Source: Minisyncoccia bacterium (lineage in GTDB: Bacteria > Patescibacteriota > Minisyncoccia > Phycocordibacterales > UBA918). From it: a stretch of 64,000 bases of DNA. Below, piece after piece: positions 18,546 through 27,057 of this stretch. Each line of letters opens with the position of its first letter. Within the stretch, counting starts at the first letter, position 1. A program made the position numbers and the translations under genes. The notes under the pieces were generated by a model. That model was not told the origin of the DNA. It did no database searches and saw only the letters and a program-made list of their open reading frames with translations. The stretch is taken from positions 207,872-271,871 of the forward strand of contig JBGSPE010000005.1 in the NCBI GenBank assembly GCA_041738755.1. The letters run 5' to 3'.

Positions 18546-19412
18546 ATGCAATTCGGGCTGATCGGCGGGGAGGATATAGAAAAGTACAGTATTGCCGACA
18601 GAATCTGGTCTATTATCTTATCTCAACATGATACCATTTCATATTTTTCATACTACCCAACTGTCAAAAAGAGTGACGTCTGTAGATTGCTTGAAAAAGT
18701 GCGCAGCTCTGAGATTGAGGGATTTAACGTTGCTCTTCCATGGAAGTCAGCAGTTGCAGAATATTGTGATTTCAAGTCCCCGGTAGTTGAAATGACTGGT
18801 TTTGCAAATGTTGTTTACTCGGAAAGTGGTAAATTGATTGCCGATAATACTGATGGGGTGGGATTTATTGCAGGACTAAAGAAAATTCCTAAAAGCGCTT
18901 TAATTTATGGAGCTGGCGGAGCAGGAGTTGTACTTGCCTATGAACTTTCAAATCTCGGCTCAAGTGTCACAATTGTTGACGTAGATAATGAAAAAATAAT
19001 CTACTTCAATGAAAAGTGTGCAAACTGGCAAAATGCTGATCTTGTTATCGCAAGAGACTCAGATTCAATTGAATTGACTTCGTTTGAAATGGTAGTTAAT
19101 GCAACCCCGTTAGGTAAGAAAAACCATGTATCTAGTGAAAGCTCGGTATCGTATAATAATCAGTCACCGATTCCTTCAGGTCATATAAGTGCTTTTAAGA
19201 AAGGGACTTTATTTGCCGAAATGAATTACTACCCTTTAAAAACTAAATTCATTGATGATGCAGAATCTCATGGAATGGAAATTCAGTTTGGAATAGTAAT
19301 GCTATTTCATCAAGCTGCTAAAACTTACGAGTTATATTCAGGTAAAAAGACTGCGGCTCCAATAAATTTTAATAAACTTTATTTAGACATTTTTAGTTTA
19401 AATAAAGACTAA
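18546..19412 (+). CDS. Shikimate dehydrogenase-like (AroE family) oxidoreductase
   Basis: GFNVALPWK, DNTDGVGF, GAGGAG, VNATPLG, MLFHQA. Confidence 0.85.
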   Translation: MQFGLIGGEDIEKYSIADRIWSIILSQHDTISYFSYYPTVKKSDVCRLLEKVRSSEIEGFNVALPWKSAVAEYCDFKSPVVEMTGFANVVYSESGKLIADNTDGVGFIAGLKKIPKSALIYGAGGAGVVLAYELSNLGSSVTIVDVDNEKIIYFNEKCANWQNADLVIARDSDSIELTSFEMVVNATPLGKKNHVSSESSVSYNNQSPIPSGHISAFKKGTLFAEMNYYPLKTKFIDDAESHGMEIQFGIVMLFHQAAKTYELYSGKKTAAPINFNKLYLDIFSLNKD

Positions 19413-19572
19413 GTTTGGTATTGAAAGACAAATAAATCAATCAGAGAATCTACAAGATACAGAAAGGGAATACAGACTCAAATATAAAGGTTCTAAAGAT
19501 TGGTTCTTTTGTCCTGAGTCAATCATCAGTGAACAAACCAACGACCTAGAAGGACAGCTTAGTCATATTGAA

Positions 19573-20541
19573 ATGCCTGCATTTGGGGTTAATGTATTCA
19601 CTGACTCAGACAGGCTTTTTGAACAGATTAATCAGTTCAATGGTTTTTATCAGTCCGAACAATCAGTGGTGGATGGTAAAAAACTTTTTTACATCACAGA
19701 CAAATCAAATGTACCACCACTGCCAAACCCATTGGGTGGTGTTGGTTTAGTAGAGATGTCCTCAGAACCGGCAGACGTACTTTGTGACCCCTTATCAGGT
19801 TCTTATGTAATTAATTGTTGGGACAGGTTTACTTCGATGGAAAGCTTAGTGCTCGGTATACGGAGTTTTGATAATTTGCGTAAGGGTAAATTAGGTATGC
19901 ACGCTGCTCTTATAGAGAAAGATGGCCAGGGGTATATATTGATAGGGAAACCAAAGACAGGCAAAACAACGATCTCGATGTCCCTGGCTGCTCAAGGGTT
20001 TAAACTAATCAGTGACGATTGGGTAGAGGTTGAGAAGAGTGACAGAGAATTTATGGCCTCTGGAACTAATCCTTCTGTTTCCTTAGATCAGCAAACGTTA
20101 TCCATGCTTCAGTCTCAGTATGAGCAATATCACGATGTAGAGTCAATGGGTTTTTCATCGTACGGTAAGCAAATCATGCCAATAAGTAATATAAATAATG
20201 TTTGGAGCCCAAAACAACAAATACCTGTTCGGAAAGTCTTTATTTTAGATAATAACAGTACTGACTCAGAGCCGGTAAATAGTGAGTATTTTTCAGACTT
20301 ACTAAAAATCACTGATCCTCATACTCCGTTTATGAATACTCCAGAAGGTTCAGGTGTGCGGACAGTAAGTGGTATTTCAGATGAGATCAGGTATGGAATA
20401 CAACATATTACTGATTCACAAAACCAAAGACAATACTTGGCTGAAGAATTTGTAAAAAGTGGTTCACATAGTGTTCAAAAATTTAGAAATAAGGACTACA
20501 CGCTAGAAGAAGCTATAGCACATATAAGAAATCAAATATGA
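19573..20541 (+). CDS. HPr-kinase-like P-loop kinase (frame open from 19402)
   Basis: MHAALI, GKPKTGKTT Walker A, ISDDW. Confidence 0.8.
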   Translation: MPAFGVNVFTDSDRLFEQINQFNGFYQSEQSVVDGKKLFYITDKSNVPPLPNPLGGVGLVEMSSEPADVLCDPLSGSYVINCWDRFTSMESLVLGIRSFDNLRKGKLGMHAALIEKDGQGYILIGKPKTGKTTISMSLAAQGFKLISDDWVEVEKSDREFMASGTNPSVSLDQQTLSMLQSQYEQYHDVESMGFSSYGKQIMPISNINNVWSPKQQIPVRKVFILDNNSTDSEPVNSEYFSDLLKITDPHTPFMNTPEGSGVRTVSGISDEIRYGIQHITDSQNQRQYLAEEFVKSGSHSVQKFRNKDYTLEEAIAHIRNQI

Positions 20542-21461
20542 AAATATTAATTACTGGCTCATCTGGTTTAATTGGTGGATTTATTTATTCGCATTTAAAC
20601 TCCAACCATTCACTTCTCGGTATTGATATTATTAATTCGGAGACTACTGATAAATTAGTTGATATTACAGATAAAGATTGCCTAAAGAATATTCTAGATG
20701 AATTTGAGCCAGATATGGTGATTCATGTTGCTGCTCAGAAAGACTTAATTCAGTGTGAAGAAAACAAGGCTGAAACATGGTGCTCTAATGTTAATCCATT
20801 GAGCATAATAACTGACTATCTCTCACAAAAAACCGGTAAATTAATATATATATCATCAGATATGGTATTTGATGGTACTAAAGGTAATTATACGGAAGAA
20901 GACCCTACGTGCCCAATCAATTGGTATGGTGCAACTAAGGTAGCTGGTGAACTTATACCGGTTATACGAATGGCGGAGAACTCGATTTCAATACTACGAA
21001 CAGCGCAAGTCTTCGGTCCGGTTACTGAAGCTTTAATTCACTATGTAAACGTAAAAATTGACTGCGATACAATGACTAATCAAAGTGCTTTGCCCTTATT
21101 TATTAAAATGAGACTTTCGAGGGGTTTGCCGGTAGTATTGCCGAATAATGTCACTTCATCGCCTACACCTGTAACGTTGATTGCTGATGTTGTGAATAAA
21201 ATAATTGAAAATGGAGTAGGCACAGGTCTCCTGCATGTTGCTGGGACAGAGTCTTACAGTAGATTTGAGCTTGGTCGACAGATTGCTGAACTATTAGAAC
21301 TCCCGAAAGACCTTATTGTTCACGGTGTAGATGCCACTACACATCTCAGGCCACATGACTTGTCTATGAATGTTAATAAGTTGGAGAAATTATTTAATAT
21401 CAAAAAAACAGAGTACGATATTTTAAAATACATTAAACAACAAATTTATTATGCACAATAA
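20538..21461 (+). CDS. RmlD-like extended SDR reductase
   Basis: GSSGLIG, YISSDMVFDG, YGATK. Confidence 0.85.
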   Translation: MKILITGSSGLIGGFIYSHLNSNHSLLGIDIINSETTDKLVDITDKDCLKNILDEFEPDMVIHVAAQKDLIQCEENKAETWCSNVNPLSIITDYLSQKTGKLIYISSDMVFDGTKGNYTEEDPTCPINWYGATKVAGELIPVIRMAENSISILRTAQVFGPVTEALIHYVNVKIDCDTMTNQSALPLFIKMRLSRGLPVVLPNNVTSSPTPVTLIADVVNKIIENGVGTGLLHVAGTESYSRFELGRQIAELLELPKDLIVHGVDATTHLRPHDLSMNVNKLEKLFNIKKTEYDILKYIKQQIYYAQ

Positions 21462-22158
21462 GTATTTTGAACAATTGAACGCACTCTTCTTGTATCTTGA
21501 TGAAGTTTTACCTAAAAAAATTACAGCCACTTTTATCCATGGATCATTTGCATCTCGTACTGAAACCTCAGCAATTTATCAAGAACAGATGTTCTACTTT
21601 GACAATGGAACTTTTTGGTTTTCAGTCTTGCATTTACAAGATATACCTCCTGACGTCGATATAATAACTGTAACAGACTACCCTGAAGAGGTTTTGGATG
21701 TGGTGCAAGAAAGTGCAAAGAAATATCTTGATGAGACATTTTTTCTAACCCTCAACATCATAACTTCAAGCGAATATGAAAGAATTGTATCTTCCAACGA
21801 TGCTTTAGCGCCAAAAAGGTTACTTGTAAAAAAGATGCTAAATGTTCTAAAGGGCGAAGATTACATAAATAAACTGAAATCTACAGCAATTAAAAACTAC
21901 AATGATTTAGACGATACTATTCAAACTGAGTTTGATAAGAAGAAACTACTCCTTAATGAACTGGCTTCAAAAAGTGTAAGTCATCATGTGCTTACTAGAG
22001 AGTACTACACTCAGCATTATCCAAATCTTTTAGATGAAATGGATGGCGTGCGAGTCGGTGGCTTTAACGTTGATCGTGTAAAGTTAGTCTATCCACAGTC
22101 AATGAATCTAAAGTGTAGGGTGGATATTAAAGATTATTCAGTAAAGTATCTAGAATAA
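21451..22158 (+). CDS. Pol-beta-superfamily nucleotidyltransferase-like protein
   Basis: IHGSFASR ... PPDVDIITV (GS...DxD) with a long insertion. Confidence 0.6.
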   Translation: MHNKYFEQLNALFLYLDEVLPKKITATFIHGSFASRTETSAIYQEQMFYFDNGTFWFSVLHLQDIPPDVDIITVTDYPEEVLDVVQESAKKYLDETFFLTLNIITSSEYERIVSSNDALAPKRLLVKKMLNVLKGEDYINKLKSTAIKNYNDLDDTIQTEFDKKKLLLNELASKSVSHHVLTREYYTQHYPNLLDEMDGVRVGGFNVDRVKLVYPQSMNLKCRVDIKDYSVKYLE

Positions 22159-22161
22159 GTT

Positions 22162-23340
22162 ATGCGTATAGCTGTTATTTGTAGACCTGATGTTCCGGTT
22201 CCTCCATACGAAGGGTATGGAGGTCTTCAGCGTAATATATTCGACTTCATAGAAGAATTAGGTAAACGTAATATTGAAGTTGCATTGTTTGCTTCTCTAG
22301 ATTCTAATGTCTCAAAATTAAAAAACGTCACCCTTTACGGCTCACTAAAGTCGGCATTATGGTCAGATCTCGTAGTAAACAAAGATTTTAAGTCAAAAAC
22401 TAAAGAACAAATTGCAATTCAAGCTGAGGCTAATAAAAAGCTGGAGGCCGAGTTTGTCGACTATATTGTTAATGAACTTGCTAATATTAGAGCAGATATT
22501 ATTTTTGTTGCGTACGATAATTTAGATCTACTTTCGAGGTTACAAGGTGGTATGTACAAAAATAAAATTGTTTGGTCGCTGAGAGACAACTTAAACGTAG
22601 AAAAGATCAGCTTTATAAAATCACATCCAGAAATTTTCATGACAGGTATGGCTGATCATATAGAAATTGAACTTCACTCAATTGATAATGTACATACTAT
22701 AATTTGGGGTATTAACCCTAATCTTTATGAATTTTCTCCATACTGTCTGACTAAGACTGATGAAGTACCGAGTCTTCAAATACTTAAGAGTATGCAAGCT
22801 AGGGGTCAAGATTATCTAGTAATGGTTTCAGGTATTGGTCAACACAAGGGTCAATTAACTGCTATAAAAATCGCAAAAGAAAATAACCTGGCATTAATTT
22901 TGGCGGGCACCCCGCAGGATCATCTGACTCTCAAAAAAACGGATTATTTTAAAAACGAGATTGAACCTTTGCTGACAAATGATATTATTCATTTTGGGAA
23001 TGCGAATGAGGTTCAAAAGACTGAATTATTGCGCTATGCAAAAGCTACTTTGGTGCCGTCAGGTTTTGAGTTTAAAGAGTTCAAAGAGCCTTTTGGTAGA
23101 GTAGTGGCTGAGTCCTTTGCTTGTGGGACTCCTGTAATTGCATATAGACACGGCTCACTTCAATTCATTGTGGAGGATAAAAAAGTTGGTTTTTTATTTG
23201 ATACATTCGATGATGCTGTGTATGCAACTCAAAAGATAGATTCAATTAATCGTTGGGAAGTTAGAAAATACTTAGAAAATACACTATCTATTAAGCGGGT
23301 AGTAGATGAGTATATAGTTTTGTTTAATAATATAATTTAA
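22162..23340 (+). CDS. Glycosyltransferase family 4
   Basis: PVPPYEGYGG, EPFGRVVAESFACGTPVIA. Confidence 0.9.
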   Translation: MRIAVICRPDVPVPPYEGYGGLQRNIFDFIEELGKRNIEVALFASLDSNVSKLKNVTLYGSLKSALWSDLVVNKDFKSKTKEQIAIQAEANKKLEAEFVDYIVNELANIRADIIFVAYDNLDLLSRLQGGMYKNKIVWSLRDNLNVEKISFIKSHPEIFMTGMADHIEIELHSIDNVHTIIWGINPNLYEFSPYCLTKTDEVPSLQILKSMQARGQDYLVMVSGIGQHKGQLTAIKIAKENNLALILAGTPQDHLTLKKTDYFKNEIEPLLTNDIIHFGNANEVQKTELLRYAKATLVPSGFEFKEFKEPFGRVVAESFACGTPVIAYRHGSLQFIVEDKKVGFLFDTFDDAVYATQKIDSINRWEVRKYLENTLSIKRVVDEYIVLFNNII

Positions 23341-23345
23341 TAGTT

Positions 23346-23954
23346 ATGGATTTAGAAATATTTGAACAAGTTAGAGCTGATTTAAAAGAAATTTTTCCAC
23401 CTGAAACTGATGAGCCGAGATTTCGATACGTTAAACAGACTTGGATATTTCCAAATCATTTTGATATAACTGTCCGCTTCGCAAAACAATTAGCAGAAAA
23501 ATATAACGCTGATGTTCAAGTGTGCATGCTTGCAGCTTTGCTACATGATGCAGGTCTGGCATACAAACGAGATCGAGCAGATTCTATTGGCCATGAGGAA
23601 CGTAGTGTTGAGTATGTATATGAGTTCCTACCAAAATATGGTTATGATGCTGACACAGTAAAAGCTGTCGCTGATTCTGTTATTGCTACTGAACCGAAGG
23701 CCGAAGTCACTACTATTGAAGCAAAGGTCGTACGTACTGCTGATGCTCTGGCACACATACAATCGGTACATTACCTTGCAAAAGCTGTTTTTAGCCCAAC
23801 CTGGGACGACGCCATTGCATTTGTTGAACGTAAAGTACATGCTGATTACGATAAAATATGTTTTGAGGATGAACGACTAAAGATTGCGCCAATTTACAAT
23901 TATTTTGTCTCAATTATTGAACAATACAAAGGAAATAATATAATTAATTTATAA
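23346..23954 (+). CDS. HD-domain phosphohydrolase
   Basis: NH...AALLHDAG...HEERS...TADALAH. Confidence 0.85.
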   Translation: MDLEIFEQVRADLKEIFPPETDEPRFRYVKQTWIFPNHFDITVRFAKQLAEKYNADVQVCMLAALLHDAGLAYKRDRADSIGHEERSVEYVYEFLPKYGYDADTVKAVADSVIATEPKAEVTTIEAKVVRTADALAHIQSVHYLAKAVFSPTWDDAIAFVERKVHADYDKICFEDERLKIAPIYNYFVSIIEQYKGNNIINL

Positions 23955-24006
23955 GAAAAATCCTATTCTGTTTTAACTGTAATTGTAATTTTTATACAGT
24001 TTGGGT

Positions 24007-25041
24007 ATGAAAACTCTTTCAAAAATTAGAGTAGGAGATACGGTAGCAATGGTCTCACCGTCTTTTGCGGCACCTGGAGTGTGGCCACACATGTATGAAC
24101 TTGGACTGCAGCGACTGAGGATAGTCTTTGAACTTGAGCCAGTATCGTATCCTGCTACAGCAAAAGTTGGTGCGAGTGGAGAAGAGCGAGCGGCCGATTT
24201 AATTGCTGCATTTTCTGACCCTGAGGTAAAGGCTGTTATTGCTTCACTTGGTGGTGATGACCAGGTGACTTATATAAAGTACTTACCATCAGAGCCGTTT
24301 ATCAATAATCCCAAACCATTCTTTGGATTTAGTGATAATTCTCATTTTTGTAACTTTCTTTTTCTTAATAACATTCCGTCCTTTTACGGAGCGTCACTCT
24401 TTACCCAGTTTGCTATGCAAGGAGCGATGGATGACTATACGGTTGAATATATTAAGCACGCATTGTTTGAAACAGGAGAAAAAGAACTTATAGCCTCTTC
24501 GATATATAACGACCAAGGACTCCCCTGGGATAATCTTGAAACTATGAAGGACCAAAGAGAACATTGGGAGAACCCTGGATTTGTGTGGTCACAAGCAGCA
24601 AAAAATGCAGAAGGTAGACTCTGGGGAGGTTGTATCGAATCAGTAGATGAGATGTTAAGGCACGATATTACCATCCCAACTCTTGAGCAATTTGAAAACA
24701 TTGTTCTCATGCTTGAGAGCTCAGAGGAACTACCGGCCGCAGAGTATGTTTTTCGTGTATTGAGAGGATTGGGCGAGCGAGGAATACTTGAACGAATACA
24801 AGGTGTGTTGGTGGGAAGAGCGAAAGCGTGGGAGTTTGATAAACCAAACTCTTTTGAAGAAAAAGAAACTTATCGAGAAAACCAAATCAAGGCTTTCGAA
24901 AAGGCTCTCTCACTATACAACCCAAATATTCCACTTGTACAAAACCTCAACTTTGGTCACACTGACCCACAAATTCCTATGCCATACGGAAACAAAGTCA
25001 GGATTGATTGTGAACATAAACGAATTTTTGCTACTTTCTAA
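24007..25041 (+). CDS. S66 peptidase (LD-carboxypeptidase / MccF-like)
   Basis: VSPS, LGGDDQ, GFSDNS, LESSEE, FGHTDPQ. Confidence 0.9.
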   Translation: MKTLSKIRVGDTVAMVSPSFAAPGVWPHMYELGLQRLRIVFELEPVSYPATAKVGASGEERAADLIAAFSDPEVKAVIASLGGDDQVTYIKYLPSEPFINNPKPFFGFSDNSHFCNFLFLNNIPSFYGASLFTQFAMQGAMDDYTVEYIKHALFETGEKELIASSIYNDQGLPWDNLETMKDQREHWENPGFVWSQAAKNAEGRLWGGCIESVDEMLRHDITIPTLEQFENIVLMLESSEELPAAEYVFRVLRGLGERGILERIQGVLVGRAKAWEFDKPNSFEEKETYRENQIKAFEKALSLYNPNIPLVQNLNFGHTDPQIPMPYGNKVRIDCEHKRIFATF

Positions 25042-25079
25042 AATATGAATTTAAGGTCTTTTTTGCTACTATAGAAGCT

Positions 25080-26027
25080 ATGTCAGATACTAAAAAACGT
25101 TTACTTACCGGACTACAGTCTTCGGGGACACTACACATTGGGAATTACTTTGGGGCTCTGAAGCCATTCCTCGATATCTACGAACAGTATGATAGCTACC
25201 TCATGGTAGCTGATTACCATGCCCTTACCTCAATCCGAGACCCGGAAGTGATGCGAGATAATATCATCAACGTGGTCAAAGACTATTTGGCTGTCGGGGT
25301 TGACCCTGAGAAAGCAATTATCTTCCGTCAGTCTGATAATCAGGACCATATGGAGCTTGGCTGGGTATTTAACTGTCTCGTGACAGTGCCATTTTTGATG
25401 CAGGCTCATTCGTATAAAGATAAGGTCGCCAAAGGACTTGAACCAAACGCCGGACTCTTTACCTACCCAATGCTGCAAGCAGCTGATATTGCTCTCTACA
25501 ACATCGATGTAGTGCCGGTCGGGGAAGATCAACGACAACATATTGAATACGCGAGAGAAGCGGTGGGTAAGTTTAATCGAGCGTTTGGAGAGACGCTGAA
25601 AGAGCCGGAAGAAATTATTCTCGATAGTGTCGGTGTCGTACCTGGAACCGACGGACAAAAGATGAGTAAGAGCTATGGTAATACCATTCCACTGTTTGGT
25701 ACCAAAGAAGAAATTGAGAAAGCTGTTATGAGTATCGTGACCGACTCGTCAGGCGAACGACCAGAACATGTGTACGCTATTCACCGTCTCTTGAAGCCGG
25801 CCGAAGAACTTGACCCAATCTACGAAACCCACAAAGGTCGCTACGGTGACTTGAAGAAACTACTCGCGGCTGATTTAGAAACCTTTATCGCTCCGATGCG
25901 AGAAAAGCGAGCCAGTCTTACCTTTGATGATGTAGCAGCCGTGCTCACCAATGGAAACATGAAAGCGAAAGAAGTCACAAGCCAAACCCTCGACCGAGTC
26001 CGTAAAGCTATTGGAATAAGTTTATAA
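25080..26027 (+). CDS. trpS: Tryptophan--tRNA ligase
   Basis: LHIGNYFG, YPMLQAADI, VGEDQ, KMSKS. Confidence 0.97.
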   Translation: MSDTKKRLLTGLQSSGTLHIGNYFGALKPFLDIYEQYDSYLMVADYHALTSIRDPEVMRDNIINVVKDYLAVGVDPEKAIIFRQSDNQDHMELGWVFNCLVTVPFLMQAHSYKDKVAKGLEPNAGLFTYPMLQAADIALYNIDVVPVGEDQRQHIEYAREAVGKFNRAFGETLKEPEEIILDSVGVVPGTDGQKMSKSYGNTIPLFGTKEEIEKAVMSIVTDSSGERPEHVYAIHRLLKPAEELDPIYETHKGRYGDLKKLLAADLETFIAPMREKRASLTFDDVAAVLTNGNMKAKEVTSQTLDRVRKAIGISL

Positions 26028-26028
26028 T

Positions 26029-26358
26029 ATGTCATTTGAAGGAACGTTTGTACCACAAGAAGGCAGGGAGCGTCGCATCAGCCGAGATGAAATTGTGCGC
26101 GATCTCGAAATCCTGCTCGAGGTAGATCAAAGCTTTAACCTAACTGGTCACTCAGTAGAGGTATTCAAACACCCAACAGTAGATACTTATGTGGTAGTTC
26201 AGCTTAAGAATAATGATGCGGAACCAGAAGAAGATAATTCTGTGTACAAAGGTTTGTTAACACGAATTGAATTAGGTAACGGAACTTTTGCCACAGAACG
26301 TATGGAAGTAAGCGAGTGGGAGGGACACCCGTGCCTGATTGTGATGTTACCAAACTAG
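26029..26358 (+). CDS. Hypothetical protein
   Basis: 109-aa ORF tightly coupled to trpS. Confidence 0.55.
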   Translation: MSFEGTFVPQEGRERRISRDEIVRDLEILLEVDQSFNLTGHSVEVFKHPTVDTYVVVQLKNNDAEPEEDNSVYKGLLTRIELGNGTFATERMEVSEWEGHPCLIVMLPN

Positions 26359-26370
26359 ATACGTAAACTT

Positions 26371-26856
26371 ATGGATACAACATTTTTGAAACAAGAGCTG
26401 ATTCGTGACTTAAGCAGTATTGATGCTGAAGACATACTTTCAGAGTGGGAATGGCTGTTGGAAGAAAAAATGGAGCTAGTTCTTGTATCCAGTATTGGAG
26501 ATATGTTCCTAAAAAATACTAAAGGGGAAATATTTTTACTAGACACACTTGGTGGTGAACTCAAGCGTGTTGCTGACTCCGAAAATGACTTCGCAGAACT
26601 ACTTACACACAAAGAAAAGCAAGAAGAGCTTCTATCAAGGACGTTTGTAGAAACACTAATTGAAAGCGGTAAGACATTGTCTCCAACAGAGATTTATAGT
26701 TTTATGGTCTTGCCAGTTCTAGGAGGCGACTTCACACCTGAAAATATCGAGCCCACTGACATATCAGTCCATTTTTCAATGACAGGCCAAATCCATAAGC
26801 AAGTACACGATCTTCCTGACGGAACTGAAATAGATGGCGTAGTTTTGGAATCTTAA
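26371..26856 (+). CDS. DUF1851/Tdi1-like toxin-immunity protein
   Basis: WEWL, SSIGDMFL, LPVLGG, GQIHKQV..LPDGT pattern. Confidence 0.65.
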   Translation: MDTTFLKQELIRDLSSIDAEDILSEWEWLLEEKMELVLVSSIGDMFLKNTKGEIFLLDTLGGELKRVADSENDFAELLTHKEKQEELLSRTFVETLIESGKTLSPTEIYSFMVLPVLGGDFTPENIEPTDISVHFSMTGQIHKQVHDLPDGTEIDGVVLES

Positions 26857-26859
26857 TCC

Positions 26860-26888
26860 TTGACGATAAACATTTTTACCATTATCTT
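26860..26888 (+). promoter_or_regulatory. Sigma70-type promoter of the aspS leader
   Basis: TTGACG-N17-TATCTT. Confidence 0.65.
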
Positions 26889-26894
26889 TACAGG

Positions 26895-27040
26895 AACCAT
26901 TGAAGCAGCTGACAACTGCTGAGGTAACATGAAACGAGGGCCACAAGGCCGAAGTAGGGTGGCACCGCGACTAATCAAACGATTGGAATCGCCCCTACAA
27001 AAGTATTACCAGTAATATTTTTGTAGGGGCGATTTACGTT
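26895..27040 (+). ncRNA. T-box riboswitch with ultra-short Stem I and Asp (GAC) specifier
   Basis: AGCAG-CTGACAA-CTGCT hairpin on a TGAA/TGA K-turn-like base; antiterminator GTAGGG-TGGCACC-GCGA...TCGC-CCCTAC; overlapping long hairpin 26987-27034; lies upstream of aspS. Confidence 0.9.
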
Positions 27041-27057
27041 CCTGCACAACACACACT

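Noticed and set aside
19395-19412. -1 frameshift at T-TTA-AAT fusing the AroE-like gene and the kinase
   Set aside because: The kinase frame is +1 relative to the AroE-like gene, so a -1 slip does not reach it
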